Assembly: GCA_041740355.1 (NCBI GenBank)
Contig: JBGSMD010000013.1
Span: 32,001 to 96,000, forward strand
DNA from: Bdellovibrionota bacterium
GTDB lineage: Bacteria > Bdellovibrionota_C > UBA2361 > CALJRW01
Length of the DNA stretch: 64,000 bases
Direction of reading: 5' to 3'
The notes under the pieces were generated by a model. It worked only from the letters and a program-made list of their open reading frames with translations. It searched no databases and was not told the DNA's origin. How positions within the stretch are numbered: position 1 is the first letter of the stretch; each line of letters begins with the position of its first letter. Below, one piece after another: positions 19,059 to 28,109 of this stretch. The position numbers and the translations under genes were made by a program.

Positions 19059-20081
19059 TTATAAATAGATCTTAGTACTTGGGACCCCATTATCTATTAG
19101 CAGCTGGCAGACGGTATTTTTTAATTTTTTATCTTGTTCTGCAGAGTAAGAAATAATCCCATTAATTTTTTCATAAGGATAAGCAAAGAGAGCATCGTTC
19201 GGACGACTTTTTTTAATTTTTTTATAAAAACTATCATTCATTCTAAAACTTCCGATGCTAAAATCCCGGATCAAGTCGACATCAAGTTCTACTTTGATTT
19301 TTGCAATCAGATCCTGATATTCATTCATCCAATTTTTCTGGACTAGAAGTGGATCAAAACAAATCCGCACCTTCCAACCACGTGCTTGAGCATTTTTTAT
19401 AGCCTTAATTTTACTTATTAGGCTTGGAGTATTTACTTCTATTTTTTCACTTACAGTTTTAGGGCTAAGAGTCCAGGATAAAATGAAATTATCAGTGGGC
19501 TCTAATTCTTTAATAGAATTAAAATTTACACTTTTAGTTCTCGATTCTACTAGTAAATTTGGATTCTGCTGGCAGAGTTCTATCCACTTAGCGCAAAATC
19601 CAGTTAAATGCTCGATTGCTAATAAATCTGTATCATAAGAAATACTGAGATATAAACTTCCTAATTCCGCTAACTTATCGAGAGTTGCTTGATAAAAATC
19701 CTGTTCATTGACAAAGATTACCAAGTTGGCGGAATTAAACATACCTTGCAAGTAACAATAACTACAATCGTAGAGACAGTTAAGTGCCATAGCATTATAG
19801 AAAAAATATGGTTGGTTAAAACTTGGAGTAAAAGAGCTGCCAGCATATAGATAGGAATCCTTTTTGATTCCTAATATTAACTTTGGTGAAAGTTTTTGTT
19901 GTCTAAAATCTTGGCGATTGCGATTAAAGATTTCCTGGTAAGAGTTAATTGATATCAGTTGAGATTTAGTAAATTGGGAAATAATCTTTTTTGTTAGTTC
20001 GTAATCTTGCGCCTCTTTCTCAATGTATATCGTGTCAAAAGTTCGAGTTAGTTTAGCTTCCAAGGTGTTTCCCAATTTCAA
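19059..20081 (-). CDS. Spore photoproduct lyase-like radical SAM protein
   Basis: CLYDCSYCYLQG (CxxxCxxC), ESRTKS, LSWTLSP, ICFDP. Confidence 0.85.
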   Translation of the reverse strand: MKLGNTLEAKLTRTFDTIYIEKEAQDYELTKKIISQFTKSQLISINSYQEIFNRNRQDFRQQKLSPKLILGIKKDSYLYAGSSFTPSFNQPYFFYNAMALNCLYDCSYCYLQGMFNSANLVIFVNEQDFYQATLDKLAELGSLYLSISYDTDLLAIEHLTGFCAKWIELCQQNPNLLVESRTKSVNFNSIKELEPTDNFILSWTLSPKTVSEKIEVNTPSLISKIKAIKNAQARGWKVRICFDPLLVQKNWMNEYQDLIAKIKVELDVDLIRDFSIGSFRMNDSFYKKIKKSRPNDALFAYPYEKINGIISYSAEQDKKLKNTVCQLLIDNGVPSTKIYL

Positions 20082-20922
20082 TAGATAATTTAGCTTTTAA
20101 TTTTTCAAAGCTATTAGCATTTACACTTTTATGCTCAGACAATTTATAGTGATATGTGCGAATAAAGTCAGTAAAAAGTAAGTTGGTCATCGTATGATAC
20201 TGCGCAATCAGATCGTACAACTGTTGTGCTTGTGACTTACTAAGCTGAAGATCAAAAACTACTTTTTCAATTGATTGCTCTTCTGCTAATTCATTGGGAC
20301 TAAGTTCTTTTAAGATTGGAGCTTTTGGTAATGAATTCAAAAAAGTTTTTAGTAGATCTATTTTCTGTTCGATTAATTCAGTCAGAAGCTCTAATTTAAA
20401 ATCTTGCGGGGTTAAATGATCGATTAAAATTTTTATTACGTGAATTTGATGTATGGCAAGAAACTTGTTGGCGGTTTGAAAAAATGCCGAAGCTTCCATG
20501 TCAACTAGAGTATTAGTAAGTTCAGGATGTTTTGCTCGTAATACCGGACGATCAAAAGTAGTCAATACTGCCGGGGTTAGATCGTTTATATAAATTAAGT
20601 CTGGATAGTAATTTGAGTCAGTCGCATGGTCAGTTATTTTCTGAATGTAGTATAGCTCGCCAATCTCCAGTTCCTCTGTTCCACCAGCTAGTCCAAAGTT
20701 TACTAGTGTAGAGGTGGAAATTAGGTATCCTAAGCCTTTTAAATATTGAATGGTAGTCGCTAGAGCGATTGCCGTATTTACTTTCCCAATACCAGAAATA
20801 ATTAAGGTAAATTCATCATTTCTGTAAAGCTCAAAGACAGGAAATTCCAAATCTCGTTTTAGCTTGAGTAAGGATATTAGCTGTTTAGCTTCAGGGTGGA
20901 TTGCGGTGTGGATGATGATCAT
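20053..20922 (-). CDS. Nucleoside phosphorylase / MTA-SAH nucleosidase-like protein
   Basis: SGIGKVNTA, VNFGLAGG, VDMEASAF; overlaps the SPL-like gene. Confidence 0.75.
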   Translation of the reverse strand: MIIIHTAIHPEAKQLISLLKLKRDLEFPVFELYRNDEFTLIISGIGKVNTAIALATTIQYLKGLGYLISTSTLVNFGLAGGTEELEIGELYYIQKITDHATDSNYYPDLIYINDLTPAVLTTFDRPVLRAKHPELTNTLVDMEASAFFQTANKFLAIHQIHVIKILIDHLTPQDFKLELLTELIEQKIDLLKTFLNSLPKAPILKELSPNELAEEQSIEKVVFDLQLSKSQAQQLYDLIAQYHTMTNLLFTDFIRTYHYKLSEHKSVNANSFEKLKAKLSIEIGKHLGS

Positions 20923-20993
20923 GGGATTTCAGTATTTTTAGCTCAACAATGTATACCAATAGTTTTCATAAAACCCAAGCTGTTCCCCCCTAG

Positions 20994-21055
20994 GTGTCAG
21001 GGATGTCGGGGAAGCATAAATAATGGACAATCACAGTATCAGGGAACTCGGGGAG
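20994..21055 (+). repeat. G-rich repeat-spacer-repeat unit, locus 1
   Basis: GTGTCAGGGATGTCGGGGAA - 22 nt - GTATCAGGGAACTCGGGGAG; same design at 50061-50121. Confidence 0.8.
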
Positions 21056-21097
21056 GGGTTTTTAGTTTATTATATTGAAGCTTGTGAGAAAGATGGT

Positions 21098-21877
21098 TTA
21101 TTTAATTTTGTTAAGCGATACGGCTATACTCTGAAGTATTTTTAAGTATGGAATAGGGGACGCTACTTCATTTAATCCGATCTGCCAGAATTGTTCATTT
21201 TGACTAATTAAAAAAGCTTCTTCCGGATATTGTCTGATGCGCACGTTGTCGCGAATGGATATCACATTGAGCTGAGCATTCTCAGTCATAATTAAATCAT
21301 CAACAATAATCTCTCCTAAGCTAATTATTGTGACATTCTTACTAATAGTTAGTTTGTTAATCGTAGTGTAGCCACTAACAAAGATAAGTTGTTCAGTTAA
21401 GATTTTTAGATCTTCTAATGCTAAATTAAAATTATAATAAACATCTCCCATTTTAGAAGGCTGAACGACAATACATGTTTTTGGATTAACTAAGTCCCAT
21501 TCAAGTTGTGTCCTCGCTTCTTCTAGGTTTTGGCAGCTCTCGGCTAATCTTTGATAATAATTAAAATCAATTATCAGGCTTTGAGTCTTGGAGCTCCTAT
21601 TTGGGAATGAGACTTTCTCAGTGCCAGCAAAGGTATTATTTAAATAGCAAAGTTTATTTACTTTATTTTCAATACATTGATTTTTCAGGTGGGGATTAAA
21701 ATCAAGCTCATTTATGAGTTTAAATAATTCATTTTGATTTGAAGCACTTGCTCGCTGCTGGTGAAAATAAAATTTGATTTGAATTAGGGAAGATAGAATT
21801 TCTTGAAATGAGCTGAGTACTAATATTCCAGATAACATTAAAATAATCAGCAAATATATACTAATTATGCCCTTCAT
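21098..21877 (-). CDS. PilX/GspK-like last gene of the minor pilin cluster
   Basis: KG followed by a hydrophobic N-terminal helix without E5; position after three prepilin-like genes. Confidence 0.5.
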   Translation of the reverse strand: MKGIISIYLLIILMLSGILVLSSFQEILSSLIQIKFYFHQQRASASNQNELFKLINELDFNPHLKNQCIENKVNKLCYLNNTFAGTEKVSFPNRSSKTQSLIIDFNYYQRLAESCQNLEEARTQLEWDLVNPKTCIVVQPSKMGDVYYNFNLALEDLKILTEQLIFVSGYTTINKLTISKNVTIISLGEIIVDDLIMTENAQLNVISIRDNVRIRQYPEEAFLISQNEQFWQIGLNEVASPIPYLKILQSIAVSLNKIK

Positions 21878-22761
21878 GGATTAATCACAAAATTCTGGAA
21901 CGCCTGTCTCGCAATTTGGGGTGTAGAAATAACTTGAAAAACTTTATCTATACGTTGTTCTGGAAAGTTCCATTGAAAATCTAATTGCCATATTTGTTCA
22001 TATTTTAATAAGTCAATTTTGATATTTGGAGCATTATCGAAGATAGGTTGATTTTCTTTGATCAGATCTCCCTCTAAAGTTACGTAGCGAAGCCGATTTG
22101 AATAGTCCTTATATATTAAATATTCGCTAACTACTGGTATTAAAACTTTTGTAAATAATGGATACTCTGTCGATTTTTTTGCTATTATTAGATTTGGCTT
22201 TTGGGAAATAAAAAATTTATAACAATCTTTTGAAACGGGGATTGCTTCGCCTTGCAAATAGCTAGCTCCTCGCAAATCTAATCCAATAAATCTTTGCAGT
22301 AAATTTCGCTTGATATTTTCATTGCATCCCTCGAGTATTAGTTCCTCGTTTAAGGAAACAGAAATCTTATTAGCAAAATCTAATTCCATGAAACTTATAG
22401 AATCAGAAAGGCTACTTGGCTGTTTTAAAGGATCTTGACTAACTTCAAAATGTTGATTGTTAATTGTTATTAAGCCGTCTTTAAAGATTCTAGGTTCAAT
22501 TGGCAATGGGTGGGAGTTTAGATCTTGAGCTATGTCGTCAGCTAGACTTTTAATTCTTAAAGACTGAAAGCTGACGTTGTAATCATTGGTAATGATTTTT
22601 TTAGTTAAAATTGAAGTTCTAAGAATTTGGTAGGCAATAAGTGCAATTATTAAACTTAATGAAATAGCAATTAAGGTTTCGATCAAACTTGATGCATTTT
22701 CTCGCTTTATTAATTTAAAAGAAAATATATTTAGTAAGTTTTGGAAAATTAAATTCTTCAC
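21874..22761 (-). CDS. PilW/GspJ-like minor pilin
   Basis: Degenerate prepilin motif NASSLIETLIAISL. Confidence 0.6.
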   Translation of the reverse strand: MKNLIFQNLLNIFSFKLIKRENASSLIETLIAISLSLIIALIAYQILRTSILTKKIITNDYNVSFQSLRIKSLADDIAQDLNSHPLPIEPRIFKDGLITINNQHFEVSQDPLKQPSSLSDSISFMELDFANKISVSLNEELILEGCNENIKRNLLQRFIGLDLRGASYLQGEAIPVSKDCYKFFISQKPNLIIAKKSTEYPLFTKVLIPVVSEYLIYKDYSNRLRYVTLEGDLIKENQPIFDNAPNIKIDLLKYEQIWQLDFQWNFPEQRIDKVFQVISTPQIARQAFQNFVINP

Positions 22762-22960
22762 AGACGATCACTCGGTATGTTTTAATTTTTTTTATTTGAC
22801 AGCTTTTTAATTCAGCAGTTGCTGAATCGAATTTAGGACGAGCAATGTTTCGTAATGCTAAAGATTTATTTTGTAGAGTGAGAATCGAGCCGATTATAAT
22901 GCTTAAAATCAAAAGACTAAGTAATACTTCAAGCAGACCTAAACCTTTATTGTTTAGCAT
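22715..22960 (-). CDS. PilV/GspI-like minor pilin
   Basis: Prepilin motif KG-LGLLEVLLSL. Confidence 0.7.
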   Translation of the reverse strand: MLNNKGLGLLEVLLSLLILSIIIGSILTLQNKSLALRNIARPKFDSATAELKSCQIKKIKTYRVIVCEEFNFPKLTKYIFF

Positions 22961-23367
22961 TGAATTCTAATCCTACAACGCAATGAGATTATTAGGCTAC
23001 ATTCATTAGTTAAATTGATATAATTGATACTTGCAGGCGAGCAAACCTGTTTAGGATGGAAAATTAATTGATTTTCATTCGATTCTATTTTAAGAGGACT
23101 AACAAGTTGGATTTCGTTGATGAATTTATTGCCTAAAATCTTCAAAGTCAGATCCTCAGTATTAATCTGAATTCTTTGCTTGAAAATATTCGCATAAGTA
23201 ATTTGTTCCTCTAGTGCTAACTTTAATTGCCTAATCTTCGAATTCTGGTTTATTGAGTTTTTAAGCAAGTTAGAAGATAAATTTGCGCTTCCCCAAATAA
23301 TCCCTAAGATTGAAATGATTATTAATAGTTCTACTAAGGAAAATGCGGCGAGTTTTTTGTTCGTCAT
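22954..23367 (-). CDS. FimT/GspH-like minor pilin
   Basis: Prepilin motif AA-FSLVELLIII. Confidence 0.7.
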   Translation of the reverse strand: MTNKKLAAFSLVELLIIISILGIIWGSANLSSNLLKNSINQNSKIRQLKLALEEQITYANIFKQRIQINTEDLTLKILGNKFINEIQLVSPLKIESNENQLIFHPKQVCSPASINYINLTNECSLIISLRCRIRIQC

Positions 23368-23617
23368 TCTAAGGAATGGGTGTCGAATGATAAATAAAAC
23401 AATTTAAGATTTTGCCTTTATACTATTCTTCTAAATGAGATTTATATATTCATTCCAAGAATGAATTTCTAAAAAAACCATTTCAGAATTCATGTTTGAT
23501 TAACTATATTTGTTACTTTGAGTTCTCAAACTTGAATACCTTTCCCTGAAGCTTCAGCGAAGCTAGAAATGCAGAATTTAAAAAGCTGACAATATTGATT
23601 TTTATAAAATCAATATT

Positions 23618-23762
23618 TATGTAGAGTCCAATAAGTAATTTACTAAGGAAGTTGCTTTTTGAGGCTTACTATTCCCTGGAGGGATAATAAAATCATATAG
23701 TCTTTAGAAAAAACAAGTTACCCTATTTTATTTTGAAGTAATTTATTTTTTGAATAACTATA
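23618..23762 (+). repeat. MITE family C copy
   Basis: Colinear with the reverse complement of 51358-51506 (GTCCAA.AAGTAATTTAC, GAGGGATAATAAAATCATATAGT, ATTTATTTTTTG..ATAACTATA). Confidence 0.8.
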
Positions 23763-23832
23763 AACGTAAGAAGCCTGAGTCCAAAAGTTAATCGACTTTA
23801 ATTGAAAGAAGTTTCCTAGGGATTAAAATTAT

Positions 23833-24837
23833 TTAGACGGGGGCTCCCGGAACAAGGAAGCAAATATCTTGAATGTCGAGCATTCCTAACGGCTTAAGAT
23901 CATCGGACATTACAATTATTTGATCGATTTTATATTGAGACATTACTTTTAGTGCTTCAATTGCTAGTAAATCGGGATGGACTGATTTTGGTGATTTGCC
24001 CATGACAGATGAAACCGATTGACTTAGAAAATTGATGCCATGGTCAAGGCAGCGTCTTAGGTCCCCATCCGTAAAGATACCAGTAACTTCCCCTGATTTA
24101 TTTACTAATACTGCTGCTCCGGGACGACCTTTTGTGGCACTATAGCTTTTAATTACTTCTTGAAGTGAAAGCTGATCGCTAAGTACGCACATTTCCTCCC
24201 CAGTTCTCATTAGTTCTGATACCTTTACTAGTGCGCGACCTAAATTGCCTCCAGGATGGTAAAAGGCAAAATCTTTGGCGGACATTCCTTTCTCCTGCAT
24301 TAAACACATAGCAAGTGCATCTCCAATCGCTAGCATTTTGCAGGTACTTGTTGTTGGAGCCAGTCCTAAGCTTCCCGCTTCATTGGAATTTCCAATTGCA
24401 ATTGTTAAATCACTAAGCTTGGCGAGGTTGCTATCAGGAACAGCAGTTATGGAAATGATTGGACATCCAATACTTCTAATAGCTGGAATGGTTTTAATAA
24501 TCTCTTCAGTCTCTCCAGAATTAGAAAGTATTAGGGCAATGTCATTCTTGCGATAGCGTCCTAAATCTCCATGAAGCGCTTCTGCTGGATGTAAAAAGAA
24601 AGAAGCTGTGCCAATTGATGCTAATGTAGCGGAAATTTTAGTTCCAATTAAACCTGCTTTACCCATCCCTGAGACAATCACATGCCCATGATTTTCAATC
24701 TCTAAAATAGCTTTTACGGCACTTACAAATTGATCGTCCAAAGTCTCAGCCATGTCGTGGAGAGCTTGAGCCTCAGTTCGCAGGACAGATTTTGCAGTTT
24801 CTATAATTCTAGAATTCATTCTTAAGGATGTTAACAT
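23833..24837 (-). CDS. kdsD: Arabinose-5-phosphate isomerase KdsD (SIS + CBS domains)
   Basis: SGMGKAG, LHPAEALHGDLG, SNSGET, LAPTTST, HPGG, GIFTDGDLRR; true start may be a few codons downstream. Confidence 0.93.
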   Translation of the reverse strand: MLTSLRMNSRIIETAKSVLRTEAQALHDMAETLDDQFVSAVKAILEIENHGHVIVSGMGKAGLIGTKISATLASIGTASFFLHPAEALHGDLGRYRKNDIALILSNSGETEEIIKTIPAIRSIGCPIISITAVPDSNLAKLSDLTIAIGNSNEAGSLGLAPTTSTCKMLAIGDALAMCLMQEKGMSAKDFAFYHPGGNLGRALVKVSELMRTGEEMCVLSDQLSLQEVIKSYSATKGRPGAAVLVNKSGEVTGIFTDGDLRRCLDHGINFLSQSVSSVMGKSPKSVHPDLLAIEALKVMSQYKIDQIIVMSDDLKPLGMLDIQDICFLVPGAPV

Positions 24838-25069
24838 AAATAATAGTAGTTAATATTACCACTGAAATAAGACTTAAGTAGAAAAAGAAGCGGTTATTAC
24901 GTCTTCGATAGCCTGCAATTCCGCCCATTGTACCAAAAAAAGGTAGTAATAATAAAGCAAGAGGATTTGGGTTACTAATTGCTAAGGGGACAGCAAATAA
25001 TACTCCTGTAAAACAACTAAGGGCAATTGTGGCGAAACTGTAAAATCTTAAAAATGGATCGTTTATCAT
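24809..25069 (-). CDS. Small membrane protein
   Basis: Three hydrophobic segments; overlaps both neighbours. Confidence 0.65.
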   Translation of the reverse strand: MINDPFLRFYSFATIALSCFTGVLFAVPLAISNPNPLALLLLPFFGTMGGIAGYRRRNNRFFFYLSLISVVILTTIIYVNILKNEF

Positions 25070-26268
25070 TAAAAAATATTTTTGATATATGAAAATGCAA
25101 TTCCAATAGATTTAAAGCTAGCAGTTCCTAAGACAAATAGACTAGTAAATAGATTGGTAGAAATTAAAACTAAGAAGATCTTAACCGCTTGGTTATTAAT
25201 TGCTCCTTTCCAACTTGTAATATCTTCAGAGATGGTCTCTAGATCCGAAACCTTTGGTTTTCTGAAGTATGCTTCTACAAGTCCTGCAACCATACCAACA
25301 GAGATTACTGGATGTAAGAATGTAAACGGTGCTGAAATTGCTGAAGAAAGTATAGTTAAAGGATGAGACCGAACGACTATCGCCCCAAGCGTTGCAAAAG
25401 CCGATAATCCTATAAACCATAAATAGACAAATTCCTTAGCTTGTTCCGTTTCACCACTTAAAATTAAATAGGCAATAATTGCTACAAATATTCCGGGAAT
25501 TCCCCATGAAATGTATTTCTTATACTTCGCTGGAGGAGGAATTACTTCTAATGGTTCGAGGTCCCTAGGTCTATGAATGTAGTTCTGGATTCCTGGTAAA
25601 TGACCAGCTCCCAGAACAGCAACTATTACATTGCCTTCGGCTCGACGAATTTTTTCTGCTAAGTATTTGTCTCGCTCATCTATCAAACTTTCTCTAACTG
25701 TAGGAAATTGATTAGCAAATTCCTTCATTGCTTCTTCTAGGGCATCGCTTTTCTTTAGTTTTTCAATATCTTCTGCTGAGACTTTTTCATTGGTGAAAAG
25801 TCCAGCTAGCAAAGCAGACATAACTTTCAGTCCTTGCCAGAAACTAAGATTTGCCCAAGTCCTTTTAAGAGTAGTTTTAACATCACGATCTGCCAAAATT
25901 AATGAGGCATTTTGTTCTTCAGCTAATTTAATTCCCATCATCATTTCTGCCCCAGGCTGAATTTTCAGTTCCTTCGCAATTTTTTTTTGAAAACTGGAAA
26001 GAATCAACTGAGATAGCAAAACAAAAGCCTTTCCTTCCTTAATTACAGTAAAAAGATCTAGGCTTTTCCATTTCTCAGGATTTTTCAAACTTTGATAACG
26101 TGAGTCACAGAGTTCAACTGCAATAGTATCCGGTTTTATTTCGGTAATAACTTTTTCAACTAAATCAACGCTTTCTTGGCTGACGTGAGCAGTTCCGATA
26201 AGAATTATATCCTTACCATCGATGTTTAACCTAGTTATATTTTCATGATTTAAAATGTCGCTTTCCAT
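25069..26268 (-). CDS. TraB/GumN (pheromone shutdown-like) family protein
   Basis: LIGTAHVS, AVELC..R, PGAEM, LIDERD, VLGAGH and C-terminal TM helices. Confidence 0.92.
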   Translation of the reverse strand: MESDILNHENITRLNIDGKDIILIGTAHVSQESVDLVEKVITEIKPDTIAVELCDSRYQSLKNPEKWKSLDLFTVIKEGKAFVLLSQLILSSFQKKIAKELKIQPGAEMMMGIKLAEEQNASLILADRDVKTTLKRTWANLSFWQGLKVMSALLAGLFTNEKVSAEDIEKLKKSDALEEAMKEFANQFPTVRESLIDERDKYLAEKIRRAEGNVIVAVLGAGHLPGIQNYIHRPRDLEPLEVIPPPAKYKKYISWGIPGIFVAIIAYLILSGETEQAKEFVYLWFIGLSAFATLGAIVVRSHPLTILSSAISAPFTFLHPVISVGMVAGLVEAYFRKPKVSDLETISEDITSWKGAINNQAVKIFLVLISTNLFTSLFVLGTASFKSIGIAFSYIKNIF

Positions 26269-28103
26269 TCTTCTAGTATATTTTCAATAATCTTGATTTG
26301 TTCTGGCCCTAAAGAATATTGTTTATAGACTAATTTATCAAGTAAGGAACGATTCAGAGTAGTTAAGGGGTTTTGAAGTAATTTAGCTAGCTTTTTAGAG
26401 TTAAAATTTAAATTATTAGGAATTGGAAAATCCTTGAGATCATCCAAAACAATTTTTGGAAAAATCTTTCGGTTTGCTTTACGTCCTTTAATTAAGAAAT
26501 AAAAACTTGCAAACTGAGAATTAAAGATTGCGGCCATCAAGGGAAGGATCTTTGAATCATCTGAATGTAAATGTAGAATGGAGCGGTTATACAAAAAGGT
26601 TTCAGTTACAATTGCAGCCTTAATCATATAAGGAGGTTTCCCAAGAACTTCGCGAATAACTAACCTTGAGGAGTTGTAGCGAGACAAATCTTGAAATTCA
26701 GCAACCCAAGGCCCGTAATCTAAATATTGTCCTGACCAATTTATTTCAAAGGAATTTAGATCTTTGCCATTTAGATAAGGATAAGAATTGCGAGATTTGA
26801 TCATTTCACTATGAAAGGAGTTCTCTTTAACTGTTTCTGCTGATTGCGGAGGATTGCCTCGACCAAGGCTATATACCTGCATGGCAATAGTGGGTGTTAA
26901 TTTTAATGGATAACTTGCAAGTGGAGTTGTTGTAGATTGCAACTTTTCAAATAATTCACTGAAAGATGGTTCCCAATTAGTTGGGATTAGAGTGTTCTTA
27001 CTCTTGATAATTATTTGATAATCTAGATTTTTGCTTCTCAAAAATCCACATTCTCGAGTATACATTTTAATTGCAACTGACTCTGCTGGGCGCTTAGAGA
27101 TTACGCTAATAATTGTTTCAACACCAAGTTTTGGAAAAATCTTTTTTTCGAAACAAAGAATTTTAATCAACCCTCTTTCTCTAACCAAGAATCTTCGCAG
27201 GCTCTCGCCATCCCTGATACCTAACCAAGCATTTGGAGTGAGTATCCCTAAGGTTCCTCCATAAACTTTAAGCAGTTGAAAACATTTAATAATAAATAAA
27301 AGGTATTTATTAAGTTTTCCTGTAAACAACCAATTGTTCAAAGTAACTAACATTTGTAACTCTATTTCCTCAATTTGTTGATTCCGAGAAAGTCCGAAGG
27401 GTGGATTGCAAAAAATATAATCAAATTTTTGAGGAAATTTAGTTATTAGGCTATTTTGGCAAGTGAAATTCGGGCGTAAATCTGGGAGGGGTTCATTGAG
27501 ATTGACTATCGGCAGACTTTTTAATGCTTCGACTTGTAATAAGAAAGTACTAACTTCTAAAGCTTGAGAGTTAATATCACATCCGAATAAGGAACTTTTA
27601 ATAAAAGCGAGTTTTTGATCTGAATTTCCGGGAAATTTTTTTAGGCAAGCTTTAAGGAAGATGCCGGCCCCACAGGCAGGATCTAGGTATGTGCGATCGG
27701 AGGTCGGAACCTCTCTGAGAGTTTCCGTTACTAGTAAATCAGCAACAACTTTAGGTGTATAAAATGTACCGGTAAGATTTTTTGTTGGGAAGCAGAGTAG
27801 GTTATCAAAAATTTCTTCTACCTGCTGGTCAAAGTCAATAGCACTACAAATTGGAATTTCTTTAAATATATCATAAAGTTGTTTCGACTTCTTCGGAGCA
27901 TGAAATGAAACATTGAAGAAATAATTGATGATTTCAAGCTCTTTAACAATCTGTTCGGAACTAATAATCACATTTGGAAGGTTAATTGTAAGTTCCGGAA
28001 TGTTTAGAGGGAGATTTTTTGCAATAAATAAGCTAAATAGTTCTTGGATTATCAGCGGTGGATATTTATCTTTTAACTTGATTAATCTATTAATGATAAT
28101 CAT
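26250..28103 (-). CDS. N6-adenine DNA methyltransferase (Eco57I/TaqI-like, with C-terminal specificity domain)
   Basis: GTFYTP, LDPACGAGIF (motif I), NPPF (motif IV), AAIFNS...FPIP. Confidence 0.85.
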   Translation of the reverse strand: MIIINRLIKLKDKYPPLIIQELFSLFIAKNLPLNIPELTINLPNVIISSEQIVKELEIINYFFNVSFHAPKKSKQLYDIFKEIPICSAIDFDQQVEEIFDNLLCFPTKNLTGTFYTPKVVADLLVTETLREVPTSDRTYLDPACGAGIFLKACLKKFPGNSDQKLAFIKSSLFGCDINSQALEVSTFLLQVEALKSLPIVNLNEPLPDLRPNFTCQNSLITKFPQKFDYIFCNPPFGLSRNQQIEEIELQMLVTLNNWLFTGKLNKYLLFIIKCFQLLKVYGGTLGILTPNAWLGIRDGESLRRFLVRERGLIKILCFEKKIFPKLGVETIISVISKRPAESVAIKMYTRECGFLRSKNLDYQIIIKSKNTLIPTNWEPSFSELFEKLQSTTTPLASYPLKLTPTIAMQVYSLGRGNPPQSAETVKENSFHSEMIKSRNSYPYLNGKDLNSFEINWSGQYLDYGPWVAEFQDLSRYNSSRLVIREVLGKPPYMIKAAIVTETFLYNRSILHLHSDDSKILPLMAAIFNSQFASFYFLIKGRKANRKIFPKIVLDDLKDFPIPNNLNFNSKKLAKLLQNPLTTLNRSLLDKLVYKQYSLGPEQIKIIENILEEWKATF

Positions 28104-28109
28104 TAAATT

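Noticed and set aside
20994-21055. Mini-CRISPR interpretation of the G-rich units
   Set aside because: Only two non-identical 20-bp repeats per locus, no leader and no cas genes in the window; kept as an unexplained repeat instead.
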